A stretch of DNA of 64,000 bases from Methylophagaceae bacterium (lineage in GTDB: Bacteria > Pseudomonadota > Gammaproteobacteria > Nitrosococcales > Methylophagaceae), in NCBI GenBank assembly GCA_048595465.1, contig JBJPGE010000001.1:4445-68444 (forward strand), written 5' to 3'. Position 1 is the stretch's first letter; every line of letters starts with the position of its first letter. The position numbers and the translations under genes were made by a program. Below the pieces are notes generated by a model, which saw only the letters and a program-made list of their open reading frames with translations, did no database searches and was not told where the DNA came from. Shown here one piece after another: positions 8,719 through 18,338 of this stretch.

Positions 8719-9519
8719 ATGACGCGATTGAACTTAACAGATTTGCAAGAAATGAAAGCGCAGCAAAATAAAATCACAATGCTGACTTCGTATGATGCTA
8801 GTTTTAGCCGAATAATGGATGCGTCAGGTGTCGATATGATTTTGGTGGGTGATTCGCTTGGCACAGTGGTACAAGGGCATGAAAGTACAGTCCCTGTGAC
8901 TGTTGACGATATGATCTACCATTGTCGTCATGTATTGCGTGGTAGCCAACGCGCATTTGTTGTTATTGATATGCCTTTTATGAGCTATGCAACACCGCAG
9001 CAAGCAGCTCAAAATGCTGCTCGTTTGATGACCAGTGGTGGTGCACACATGGTCAAATTAGAAGGTGGTGGGGCAGTTATTGAAGAAACGGTTCGTGAGC
9101 TGACTGAGCGGGGCATTCCTGTTTGTGGGCATCTAGGATTATTACCCCAATCGGAACATAGATTGAGTGGCTATCAATCTCAAAAATGGAGTGAGCAGAC
9201 CGTACAAAAACTACTTAAAGACGCTAAAGGTTTGCAACAAGCAGGTGCTGAAATGGTGGTGCTTGCATGTGTTCCCGCTACGGTAGGCGCCCAGATAACA
9301 GCTGAACTGACTATTCCAGTGATTGGCTTTGGGGCCGGTAGATCATGCGATGGGCAAGTACTTATTTTATACGATATGCTTGGTATTTCCGCAGGGAAAA
9401 CACAAGCTTTTAATCATGATTTTTTAGCAGATGAGGGTAATGTTCTCGGTGCAATTAAGAAATACGTGCGGGATGTGAAAAGTGGCGATTTTCCTCAGCC
9501 ACAGCATGAGTACGAATGA
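8719..9519 (+). CDS. panB: 3-methyl-2-oxobutanoate hydroxymethyltransferase
   Basis: KITMLTSYDASF, ILVGDSLG, VVIDMPFMSY and VKLEGG are typical PanB motifs. Confidence 0.93.
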   Translation: MTRLNLTDLQEMKAQQNKITMLTSYDASFSRIMDASGVDMILVGDSLGTVVQGHESTVPVTVDDMIYHCRHVLRGSQRAFVVIDMPFMSYATPQQAAQNAARLMTSGGAHMVKLEGGGAVIEETVRELTERGIPVCGHLGLLPQSEHRLSGYQSQKWSEQTVQKLLKDAKGLQQAGAEMVVLACVPATVGAQITAELTIPVIGFGAGRSCDGQVLILYDMLGISAGKTQAFNHDFLADEGNVLGAIKKYVRDVKSGDFPQPQHEYE

Positions 9520-10367
9520 AAACAGTTAAAACTGTCGCAGAACTTCGACAGCAAATTACAGAGTGGAAGCAAGCGGGCCAACGAATTGTATTGGTGCCGA
9601 CCATGGGTAATTTACACCAGGGGCATTTATCGTTGGTAAAAAAAGCAAAAAAACTGGCGAATAAAGTGATTGTCAGTATATTTGTAAACCCTTTACAGTT
9701 TGATGATAAGACTGATTTGTCGGCTTACCCGCGTACTTTAGAAGCTGATATTGAGCAACTTGTAGCTGTCGAATGTGACGCTGTATTTACACCTACGGCG
9801 CAAACAATGTATCCCTACGGAATGGATGAGCAAACAATTATCACCGTTCCTGGAATGGATGATAAATTATGTGGTCAAGCCCGGCCGGGGCATTTTGATG
9901 GTGTGGCTACCGTTGTCGCTAAACTATTTAATATGGTGCAACCAGATGTGGCCATATTTGGTGAAAAAGACTATCAGCAGTTATTGTTAATCAAAAAAAT
10001 GGTTGCAGACTTAAACCTACCGCTTGAAATAATAGGTTTACCTACGCACCGTGAAGCAAGTGGCTTAGCTATGAGTTCTCGCAATCAATATTTAACAGAA
10101 CAACAGCGAGAACAAGCGGCTTCAATTTATCGAATATTGAGTGAGATTAAGACAAAAATTCTGAAGGGTGAGACCGACTTTGTTAAATTAGAGCAACAAG
10201 CAAAGGATGAATTAACGCAATTAGATTTTGAACCAGACTATGTCGATATTAGGCATTCTGGGAACTTAGAGCCTGCAAAACAGTCAGATAAAGAGCTTAG
10301 AGTTCTCTTAGCCGCTCGATTAGGAAAAGCCCGATTGATCGATAATATTGCCTGCAATCTAGATTAA
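9516..10367 (+). CDS. panC: pantoate--beta-alanine ligase
   Basis: VPTMGNLHQGHLSLV, RPGHFDGVATVV, FGEKDYQQ and SSRN motifs. 4-nt overlap with panB. Confidence 0.93.
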   Translation: MKTVKTVAELRQQITEWKQAGQRIVLVPTMGNLHQGHLSLVKKAKKLANKVIVSIFVNPLQFDDKTDLSAYPRTLEADIEQLVAVECDAVFTPTAQTMYPYGMDEQTIITVPGMDDKLCGQARPGHFDGVATVVAKLFNMVQPDVAIFGEKDYQQLLLIKKMVADLNLPLEIIGLPTHREASGLAMSSRNQYLTEQQREQAASIYRILSEIKTKILKGETDFVKLEQQAKDELTQLDFEPDYVDIRHSGNLEPAKQSDKELRVLLAARLGKARLIDNIACNLD

Positions 10368-10444
10368 TAGTTCATTTTGAATTTGATTGATTTGAGCTAA
10401 AAATGCGATAATACTCCCTAAATTAACTAGGAAATAGTTGGAAT

Positions 10445-10825
10445 ATGCAACTGACATTGCTTAAAACAAAATTACACCGCGCCTGCGTTACGCATTCAGA
10501 ACTTGAATACGAAGGTTCTTGTGCGATTGATAGTAATTTATTGGATGCTGCTGGTATTCATGAATATGAACAGATCCACATATACAATGTCACCAATGGT
10601 GAACGCTTTACAACGTATGCAATTCGCGCCGAAGCAAACTCTAACATTATTTCTGTTAATGGTGCGGCAGCACATAAAGCTTCACCGGGCGATCGTATTA
10701 TCATCTGCGCCTATACAACACTAGATGAAAAAGAAGTCGCTAAATTCAAACCAACACTGGTTTATTTAGATGAAAAGAATGGCATAGTTAATACACGTCA
10801 TGCGATCCCAGTTCAAGCAGCCTAA
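10445..10825 (+). CDS. panD: aspartate 1-decarboxylase
   Basis: [33 protein letters not shown] contains the Gly-Ser self-processing site. 126 aa. Confidence 0.93.
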   Translation: MQLTLLKTKLHRACVTHSELEYEGSCAIDSNLLDAAGIHEYEQIHIYNVTNGERFTTYAIRAEANSNIISVNGAAAHKASPGDRIIICAYTTLDEKEVAKFKPTLVYLDEKNGIVNTRHAIPVQAA

Positions 10826-11353
10826 ATGATGAATCCAATAGAGAAAATATTTGAAAGTGTATTGTGGAACAGCCGCTTTGTTGTAATTATTGCTGTGCTT
10901 GCCAGCTTAATAACGGCATTTGCTATGTTTTATATGGCGACGGTCGATGCTTATTTTTTAGTATCACATCTTGGCGAATACCTTTCTGCTGACTTAGTAG
11001 GTGAAGCTCGAAAAGTATTTCGAGCCAATACGGTAACGCATGTAGTTGAAGTCATCGATGGTTATTTATTAGCAACTGTATTACTGATGTTTGCATTAGG
11101 TTTATATGAACTATTTGTCAGTAAAATAGAGCAAGCGGAGTCTTCAGAAACACCCTCTGTACTTGCCATTCACAGCCTTGATGATCTTAAATCACGTTTA
11201 GGTCGTGTTATTTTGATGATTTTAATCGTAAACTTTTTTGAACAAGCAATCGGCATGGAATTCCATAGTCCATTAGATTTATTAGCGCTTGCAGCAGGAA
11301 TCACATTAATTGGCGTGACGCTTTATCTTACTCATGTTGATGATGGACATTAA
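10826..11353 (+). CDS. YqhA (UPF0114) family membrane protein
   Basis: 175 aa. The N-terminus IEKIFESVLWNSRFVVIIAVLASL and the TM arrangement resemble the YqhA family. Directly abuts the panD stop. Confidence 0.6.
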   Translation: MMNPIEKIFESVLWNSRFVVIIAVLASLITAFAMFYMATVDAYFLVSHLGEYLSADLVGEARKVFRANTVTHVVEVIDGYLLATVLLMFALGLYELFVSKIEQAESSETPSVLAIHSLDDLKSRLGRVILMILIVNFFEQAIGMEFHSPLDLLALAAGITLIGVTLYLTHVDDGH

Positions 11354-11438
11354 CATAAATTACTAAAAAATCAGCATGATATCTAAGCTAACTCTATAAA
11401 TAGCTTAAAGTATAAACTTTAGTTTTAAGGAGAAAATA

Positions 11439-12509
11439 TTGAGGAAATACTTGTATTTTTTATATCTGCTTATTATATCTTTTTATTCTTCAATTGCTTT
11501 AGCCCAAGATGAAATTACCGTAGGTACAATTGAACGTCCACCATTTGCTTTTCACGATGAGCGCGGCAATCTGACCGGATTTACCGTGGAGTTATGGCAA
11601 AAAATTGCAGACAGGATCGATATTGATTTTGTATGGCAGCAACAGCAAAGCTTTTCTACATTAATTAGTGATACCGTATCTAATAAAACAGATTTAGCTG
11701 TCGCCAATATTTCAATTACTGCAAGTCGAGAACAACAAGCGGATTTTTCACACTCAATATTTGAATCTGGGATGGCAATAGCCGTTAAAAGAGGTGCTAG
11801 TGCATCTTATTTCACCTTGATATGGGAATCAGGAATTGTCCTATTTCTGGGTGGGGCATTTCTACTTTTGCTGTTAATTGCTCATGTAGTTTGGTTTTTT
11901 GAACGAAATATAGATAACCCACGGCATGACTATTTTCGTGATGACTATGTTGGTGGTGTGTGGGATGCTTTTTGGTGGGCCTTTATTATCATGACAATGG
12001 GCGGCTTTGAAAATGAAGTACCGCAAAAACTTATAAATAGAATGCTGGCGATTTTTTGGATAATTGTCAGTTTGTTTTTTATATCAACGTTGACGGCAAA
12101 AATTACTACTGCTTTGACTGTTGCTGAGTTAAGGACAGGGATAGTAAGTTATAAAGATCTATTAGGTAAGAAGGTGGGGGTAACTGAGGGATCTTCGCAT
12201 CAGAAATTTCTACAGGATGTAGGGATAAGAACGGTTGCCTACCCGTCACTTGAAGCATTATATGCTGATTTGAGAGGCGAAAAGATTAATGCAATCGTTG
12301 CTGACTTACCTATTCTTTCTCACTACGCCACGCATGATGGCGCGAGTTGGATGTTGGTTGCAGGAGATACATTTAACATTGAGAATTATGGCATTATATT
12401 TCCTGAAGAGTCACCTTATTTAGAAAGAGTAGACACCGCCTTATTACAGCTTAGGGAAGAAGGAGTTTACCGTGAGTTACATGAGAAATACTTTGGTAAA
12501 GAATTCTAG
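11439..12509 (+). CDS. GluR0-type ligand-gated ion channel (family-3 solute-binding domain split by an M1-P-M2 pore module)
   Basis: Signal peptide; SBP lobe 1 (ITVGTIERPPFAF, GFTVELWQKIA); TM; pore helix WDAFWWAFIIMTMGGFENE; TM; SBP lobe 2 (VGVTEGSS..., NYGIIFPEESPYL, EKYFGKE). Confidence 0.75.
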   Translation: MRKYLYFLYLLIISFYSSIALAQDEITVGTIERPPFAFHDERGNLTGFTVELWQKIADRIDIDFVWQQQQSFSTLISDTVSNKTDLAVANISITASREQQADFSHSIFESGMAIAVKRGASASYFTLIWESGIVLFLGGAFLLLLLIAHVVWFFERNIDNPRHDYFRDDYVGGVWDAFWWAFIIMTMGGFENEVPQKLINRMLAIFWIIVSLFFISTLTAKITTALTVAELRTGIVSYKDLLGKKVGVTEGSSHQKFLQDVGIRTVAYPSLEALYADLRGEKINAIVADLPILSHYATHDGASWMLVAGDTFNIENYGIIFPEESPYLERVDTALLQLREEGVYRELHEKYFGKEF

Positions 12510-12515
12510 TTACGT

Positions 12516-13688
12516 TCAAAACGTATGGTAGTAATAAAGCCTTAAATCATCACGATCATATCGGCCAGTAGCATCTTCGTGTTCTTGGTTTTTCATTGAA
12601 TAGCGCAGGCGAACACTGGAAACATCGGTAAAATTGTATTTTGCATCAAGGTTAAATTCACCGTATTCATCAACACGTGAACCGTCTTTGCCATCGACAT
12701 CGACATAACCCAGTTTAATACTTGATTTTGCATGGGGATGAAAGATAACCTGCACACCATAGGCATCACTAGGCTCATAAGGTCCGTAACCTTGTTGCCA
12801 ATCGGTATACATGGGGCCTGATTCAACCGCTTGGAAATTGCCATCTCTGATGGCGTTATAGGAGAGGGCAACATCAACACTTCCGAAGCTTGTACCTGTT
12901 TTTAGACCAAACATTTTGGATGTGTCACCGACTTGGTAAGCTGTACCACCATACTGAGCTTTTATATAGGACTTTTCACCGAAAGACAGCGGCATTGCGG
13001 CATCAAGATAACGAAAGTTTTTGCGTGATCCCGAATCATCTAAAGTGTCGACAAATTGACCGCGCAGTGAGACATTGCCTAATCTTGTAGTGATGTAGAT
13101 ATAAGCTAAGCCATCATCTCCCCATTTAGCATCAGGTACTTCAAAATCACTTAGCTTGGAGGTGAAACCAGAATACCGTTCGACATAACCCAGCTCGAAC
13201 ACGGTGTTGGCTAGCGTTCTATTACGATAAACTGCTGCGCCATAGGTTGAAGGCAATAAGCGAATATTATGGTCACCCATTAATGGCGTTGATAAACGTT
13301 GTCGTCCTAACTTCACTTGGTGAGTGCCATTGTCAAAATCAATATAAGCCTCGCCTAGAAAGGCAATATCATCGCCATCTGATTGTAGGTAAGATGTGCC
13401 TTTACCTTTATCTCGGTCAATGATTCCCAAGCTGTGACTACCAAAGTAGGCTAAGCCTATTTTAAAATTATTAAAGCTAGCCGACTCATATTTAGCAATA
13501 CCGCCGGCGGTGAAAGCTTCAGCATTTTTTTTGTCTGGATCATCAAAGCCACGGTCAAAATAGCCGACAGATAGATTTAATGAGAAGTCACCATTTTGTA
13601 ACGCTTCGGACAAATTGTAATTTGTTTGATCGGCCGCATTTACAGTTGCTGCAGCAAAAATAAGGGCAGGTAATAGCGCGTATTTCAT
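12516..13688 (-). CDS. outer-membrane porin (OprD-like family)
   Basis: Signal peptide ending ATVNA/AD, alternating beta-strand pattern, aromatic C-terminus YYYHTF. 16 nt downstream of the symporter gene on the same strand. Confidence 0.6.
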   Translation of the reverse strand: MKYALLPALIFAAATVNAADQTNYNLSEALQNGDFSLNLSVGYFDRGFDDPDKKNAEAFTAGGIAKYESASFNNFKIGLAYFGSHSLGIIDRDKGKGTSYLQSDGDDIAFLGEAYIDFDNGTHQVKLGRQRLSTPLMGDHNIRLLPSTYGAAVYRNRTLANTVFELGYVERYSGFTSKLSDFEVPDAKWGDDGLAYIYITTRLGNVSLRGQFVDTLDDSGSRKNFRYLDAAMPLSFGEKSYIKAQYGGTAYQVGDTSKMFGLKTGTSFGSVDVALSYNAIRDGNFQAVESGPMYTDWQQGYGPYEPSDAYGVQVIFHPHAKSSIKLGYVDVDGKDGSRVDEYGEFNLDAKYNFTDVSSVRLRYSMKNQEHEDATGRYDRDDLRLYYYHTF

Positions 13689-13704
13689 TAGTGTGATCTT
13701 TTAA

Positions 13705-15057
13705 TTAAGCGTGGTCATGCGTTTGCTGAATAGTATCAGCCAACTCTTTTTCAACCGCTTCATCAATATGAAACCCATCTGTGCTGACTGCACCAGCATC
13801 AGGATTATTGTAAACAGTCAAATCCATTTTTCCTTCGCTTTTAGCGACGATACTAGAAACCACGGCATCACCTGATACATTTACCGCTGTTCTAATCATA
13901 TCCATCAAACGGTCAACACCTAAAATGAGCCCAATGCCTTCAACGGGTAAGCCTACTTGAGTGAATACCATGGATAGCATTATTAAACCCACACCCGGTA
14001 CGCCAGCTGTCCCAATCGAAGCTAATACGGACATAAGGATAACGGTTAAATAGCCTGTTACCCCTAAATCTACACCATAAACATTGGCAATAAATACGGT
14101 GGCGACACCTTGCATGATCGCCGTACCATCCATATTGATAGTGGCGCCAAAAGGCACGGAGAAAGAAGCGACTGAGTTATTTACACCCATACGCTCCGTC
14201 ACCGTTCTCATGGTGACAGGGATGGTTGCATTGGAGCTCGCCGTACTAAATGCAAATACTTGAGCATTTCTAATTTTTTTGAGGAACATTGCTGGACTTA
14301 AGCCAGAGAAAATCTTCAACACAATCATTAAGGTGATGAATAAGTGGATCATTAAACTACCGACCAGTACTAGGACATAACCTGCTAGCGATACTAATAA
14401 ATCAAGTCCAAGAGTAGCAATTGACTTAGCGATCAAAGCAAATACAGCATAAGGTGCAACTGACATAACAATGGTGACCATCTTCATCATGATTTCATTG
14501 GCTACTTCAGCACCTTCGACAAAGCCTTTGGCTTTTCTGCCTACTAACAGCATGCTGATACCAAGCAAAATAGAGAAGAAAATCAGGGGTAACATATCGC
14601 CATTGGCCATTGCGTGGAATGGATTCTTCGGAATAATATCAATAAGGACTTGAGTAAGTGGCGGTGAATCTTTACCTGCAAAGACTACATCTGAAGTTTG
14701 CTCCATACCTTTACCAATGCCAAATGACGCAGCAATTAGAATAGCGGTTGCAATCGCTATTGCCGTAGTCATCATATATAGAGCGAAGGATTTACCACCG
14801 ACACGCCCCAACATTTTTATATCGCCAATACCGCACACACCACAAATAAGGGAGAAAAACACTAAAGGCACAACCAGCATTTTTAAGGCGTTGATGAACA
14901 TTTTTCCGACAACATGAAAAAGTCCATTAACAATATTATCGTTTATAAAGGAACCGGGAGCATTCAAGCCGCCAAGGTTAATTATTAAACCAACGATAAT
15001 ACCTAACGCCATGCCGAAAAGGACTTTGACGGTTAGACTCATTTTGTTATTTTCCAT
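13705..15057 (-). CDS. dicarboxylate/amino acid:cation symporter (DAACS family)
   Basis: STASSNATIP, PFGATINMDGTA and VDRLMDMIRTAVNVSGD are hallmark DAACS (GltP/DctA-like) motifs. ATG 15057 has GGAG upstream; the ORF-track start at 15105 is judged an extension. Confidence 0.88.
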   Translation of the reverse strand: MENNKMSLTVKVLFGMALGIIVGLIINLGGLNAPGSFINDNIVNGLFHVVGKMFINALKMLVVPLVFFSLICGVCGIGDIKMLGRVGGKSFALYMMTTAIAIATAILIAASFGIGKGMEQTSDVVFAGKDSPPLTQVLIDIIPKNPFHAMANGDMLPLIFFSILLGISMLLVGRKAKGFVEGAEVANEIMMKMVTIVMSVAPYAVFALIAKSIATLGLDLLVSLAGYVLVLVGSLMIHLFITLMIVLKIFSGLSPAMFLKKIRNAQVFAFSTASSNATIPVTMRTVTERMGVNNSVASFSVPFGATINMDGTAIMQGVATVFIANVYGVDLGVTGYLTVILMSVLASIGTAGVPGVGLIMLSMVFTQVGLPVEGIGLILGVDRLMDMIRTAVNVSGDAVVSSIVAKSEGKMDLTVYNNPDAGAVSTDGFHIDEAVEKELADTIQQTHDHA

Positions 15058-15108
15058 TATGAATACTCCATATAAATGGCTTGCTGCACGGGGATGTTTT
15101 AGCACATA

Positions 15109-15825
15109 TTATCGTAGTTCTTCTTTTCGTGCTTGAGATAAAGCGGAGGCTAGCAAGCCTGTAGGAATAGCAACAATCGCCAAGCCTATTGTTAATATAA
15201 AAAAGGTAAATATTTTGCCGCCGGTTGTAATGGGATACATATCGCCATAACCCACTGTAGTAAGCGTTGTTACTGCCCACCAAAGACTGTGGAAAACAGA
15301 TTTAAACTGTTCAGGTTGGGCAGCATTCTCAAAATAATAAATACCCACTGCAGCAAGAAAAATCATGATGAGTGCTACAAAACTGAACAGGATCAATTCT
15401 TCCTTCGCGATGACGAAAGCGCGTTGAAACCGTTTTATTGCTTGGCTATATTTAAATAATTTTAATATGCGGACCAAACGGAGAAGTCGGAATATTCGAA
15501 CGGCACGTAAATCAAGTCCTGATGCAATATAAAAAGGCAGAATTGCGGCTAAATCGACCAAACCATAAAAGCTAAATATAAATGACGATTTCTTTTCTAC
15601 AATCACTAACCGCAAACTATATTCAAGCGTAAAGATGGCTATGGTAACGACTTCAATACTATGCAGAATACGTCTAGTCTTTGCAGATAAGTCGGGCAGG
15701 GTGTCTATCGAAAAGGTGATGAGTGAAATAACAATTAAAAACTGGATGGTATATGTAAATAGCTTTCCTGCCGGATGATCGGTGCTATTTACAATATTGG
15801 CTATGTTGTTTTTATTGATTACCAT
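15109..15825 (-). CDS. voltage-gated-type (6TM) potassium channel
   Basis: S4-like LRAVRIFRLLRLVRILKLFK and the canonical filter TTLTTVGYGD. Start uncertain: ATG 15903 would overlap the ycgL-like gene by 41 nt. Confidence 0.85.
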   Translation of the reverse strand: MVINKNNIANIVNSTDHPAGKLFTYTIQFLIVISLITFSIDTLPDLSAKTRRILHSIEVVTIAIFTLEYSLRLVIVEKKSSFIFSFYGLVDLAAILPFYIASGLDLRAVRIFRLLRLVRILKLFKYSQAIKRFQRAFVIAKEELILFSFVALIMIFLAAVGIYYFENAAQPEQFKSVFHSLWWAVTTLTTVGYGDMYPITTGGKIFTFFILTIGLAIVAIPTGLLASALSQARKEELR

Positions 15826-15862
15826 TTGTTTTCTGAGTTTGATAGATGTTCGTTTATGAACG

Positions 15863-16141
15863 TTAACTAACGTAGTTAGCGGGTTCTTTAAAATTAGTAA
15901 CATTTAACATCGGCGGTGGGATTTGCACGTGGAACCCTTGTTCTTTTAGGTTTTTCATTACAGTTTCTACATTTTCACGGGCTAGTTTTCGCTCCAAGCT
16001 AAGTTCTACTTCCATGACAAAAACAGGCTCATTTCCCATTGAGTCATAAAGTGCTTGTGGTACGCTCGAAAAATCATCTTTTGTGGCAATATAGAGGTAG
16101 AGCTCGTCTTTACGACGACTTTTGTAGATGTATGCAATCAT
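15863..16141 (-). CDS. YcgL domain-containing protein
   Basis: 92 aa. MIAYIYKSRRKDELYLYI..DDFS.VP..L is the typical YcgL family N-terminus. Confidence 0.7.
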   Translation of the reverse strand: MIAYIYKSRRKDELYLYIATKDDFSSVPQALYDSMGNEPVFVMEVELSLERKLARENVETVMKNLKEQGFHVQIPPPMLNVTNFKEPANYVS

Positions 16142-16177
16142 GTGAAATAAAATCCTAAAAAATAGGGGGAGGATAAA

Positions 16178-17836
16178 TTACCCATGGTGGTCACCAAACA
16201 CATGAAAGCAACATTTTTGCCATAACTCTTCACCGAATTGGCGTTGTATAACCAAGGGTAGTGCAATTGAACCAGAAGCTAATAAACGATCATGAAACTG
16301 TTTTAATTCTGCCTTGTTTGCTGGATTAACAATATCGCGTAATGCATTAATCAGCGCCCAACCGACGGCATAGCTCATGGGAATAGTAGGTGATTGGCTG
16401 TACCAATTCAATTCACCCAGTGCTTGTTCTTTACTAAAGCCTAGGGCGTCGACCATTTTTTGTGCAGCATCCTCTAGGCTGAGAGCTTGGGTATGAATTT
16501 CAACATCAATAATGATGCGTAATGCACGCCATAAGCGATCACGCAACATGATGATGTGTTGTCCGGGATAGCGATTGAAACCTTGCTCAAGCATCATCTG
16601 TTCGCAATATAAGGCCCAACCTTCATAGAGTGTTGCACTGGGGTTTAAGCGATGGAGTAGGCTGCTGCCTTCAGCTGATTGATTTGCTGTTACGAATTGT
16701 AGATGATGCCCCGGCCACGCTTCATGCACACTGGTTTGACTTATTGCCGCATTATTGTGCTCGTTCAACTCGTCATCACTTGAGGTTGGCGTGACATAGT
16801 AATAGCCCGTTTGGCTTAAGTCAGCAATGCTTGGATCTAGATAGGCAGCAAAAGGAATTTGATGTTGTAAAAATTTAGGCGTGGTAACAACATGAAGTGT
16901 TTGTTGCTTTGGCAGAGTAACTAAATCATGTTCTTTTAAAAATAGTTCTGCAGCCTGCATTTCTTGTTGATAGTGTTGTAATAATGATTCAGAAGTAGGG
17001 TGTTGCTGCTGAATATCATTTAATGACAAATCACTTTCAGCTAATGCCGCGTTTAGTTGCTGTTGGGTGTCATTAAACAATTGTTGGCCAAACGCTGACA
17101 AGCTGTGTGTGTTAATAGGTAAGAAATGCTGTTGGTGCAGTAAGCGTTCAAAATGTTCACGGCCGCTGGCAAAGTCACCTTCACAGTGTGGTGCAAGTCG
17201 TCGCAGTGTTTGGGCAAAGCGTTCTAATGATTTAGTAGCATCTGCCGTTGCTTGCTCGATACGATCATTTTGTTGAAAGGCATCATCTACCATTGGGTGC
17301 TGGTGTAAATGATGACAATAATCTATACCGGCCTCCGTTTCTGCAAGCGCCATATCTAGCCACACTTTTGGGATCACTTCAGGTACGGCAGTTAAATAAT
17401 TTTTTGCTTCACGCAGGTGATTTGGAATAGCCGCTAAGCGTGCTTTTAGTACCTTTTTAAAGTGGTTTACAGGTCTAATGGTAAGTTGATGTAGCGCATT
17501 AATGGGTAAAAACTGAGTGGGATCACGATGTCGCCAATCATGTTCCATCAATGAATGATGATCAATTTCTACTCGGCCCTGTAAAATTTGGTATCGAATT
17601 TTACGTACTGGATCGAGTTGTGATAATTTAAGCTCATCTAAGGCAGCGAGGCACTTTTCATTAAGCACAATTTGAATGCCAATTGTTTCGTCTTCAAAAG
17701 GCTTTAACTTATCGGCATAATCATCAATGCCTGCTTCCAATGCGGCCTCAGGATTAAATCGGCACCATGTGTTTAAGTAGCTGTGTTCAATTCGATCAAA
17801 TGATTGTTGCGCTGTATTTAACTCATTAGTCAACAT
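16178..17836 (-). CDS. DUF885 family protein (metallopeptidase-like)
   Basis: 552 aa. The VHEAWPGHHLQ motif and length are typical of DUF885. Confidence 0.7.
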   Translation of the reverse strand: MLTNELNTAQQSFDRIEHSYLNTWCRFNPEAALEAGIDDYADKLKPFEDETIGIQIVLNEKCLAALDELKLSQLDPVRKIRYQILQGRVEIDHHSLMEHDWRHRDPTQFLPINALHQLTIRPVNHFKKVLKARLAAIPNHLREAKNYLTAVPEVIPKVWLDMALAETEAGIDYCHHLHQHPMVDDAFQQNDRIEQATADATKSLERFAQTLRRLAPHCEGDFASGREHFERLLHQQHFLPINTHSLSAFGQQLFNDTQQQLNAALAESDLSLNDIQQQHPTSESLLQHYQQEMQAAELFLKEHDLVTLPKQQTLHVVTTPKFLQHQIPFAAYLDPSIADLSQTGYYYVTPTSSDDELNEHNNAAISQTSVHEAWPGHHLQFVTANQSAEGSSLLHRLNPSATLYEGWALYCEQMMLEQGFNRYPGQHIIMLRDRLWRALRIIIDVEIHTQALSLEDAAQKMVDALGFSKEQALGELNWYSQSPTIPMSYAVGWALINALRDIVNPANKAELKQFHDRLLASGSIALPLVIQRQFGEELWQKCCFHVFGDHHG

Positions 17837-18254
17837 TTATGATCTCATAATCGTGAGTGATTTCGGCTGTTTCACCCAACATAAGTGAGGCAGAACAATA
17901 TTTTTCTGTTGAAAGTTCAATAGCACGCTTTACTTGAGACTCTTTTATATTCTTGCCTGTTATTTTGTAGTGAACGCGGATTTTAGTAAATACTTTAGGG
18001 ATTTCATCACTTCGGTCACTGTCTATTTCAACGACACAATCACGAATGTCTTGGCGTGCTTTAGTCAGCATTTGTATCATATCGAACGAAGTACAGCCGC
18101 CCATGCCAAGTAACAATAGCTCCATAGGCCTAATGCCTGTGTCGTGTCCGCCCAGTTCTTTTGGCCCATCCATAACCACAGTATGTCCTGAACCAGACTC
18201 ACCTAAAAACAGTAAATCTTCGACCCACTTCACTCTTGCCTTCATACGTAACAT
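17826..18254 (-). CDS. OsmC family protein
   Basis: 142 aa with GMGGCTSFD and EKYCSAS, the two conserved Cys contexts of the OsmC/Ohr fold. 11-nt overlap with the DUF885 gene. Confidence 0.75.
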   Translation of the reverse strand: MLRMKARVKWVEDLLFLGESGSGHTVVMDGPKELGGHDTGIRPMELLLLGMGGCTSFDMIQMLTKARQDIRDCVVEIDSDRSDEIPKVFTKIRVHYKITGKNIKESQVKRAIELSTEKYCSASLMLGETAEITHDYEIINVD

Positions 18255-18338
18255 ACCCTAAATTAAAAAAATGTGAACAAATTTGTCAATTTATGTATTA
18301 TAACTGAAACAACCTGACTATTAAGATATAAAGGATTC

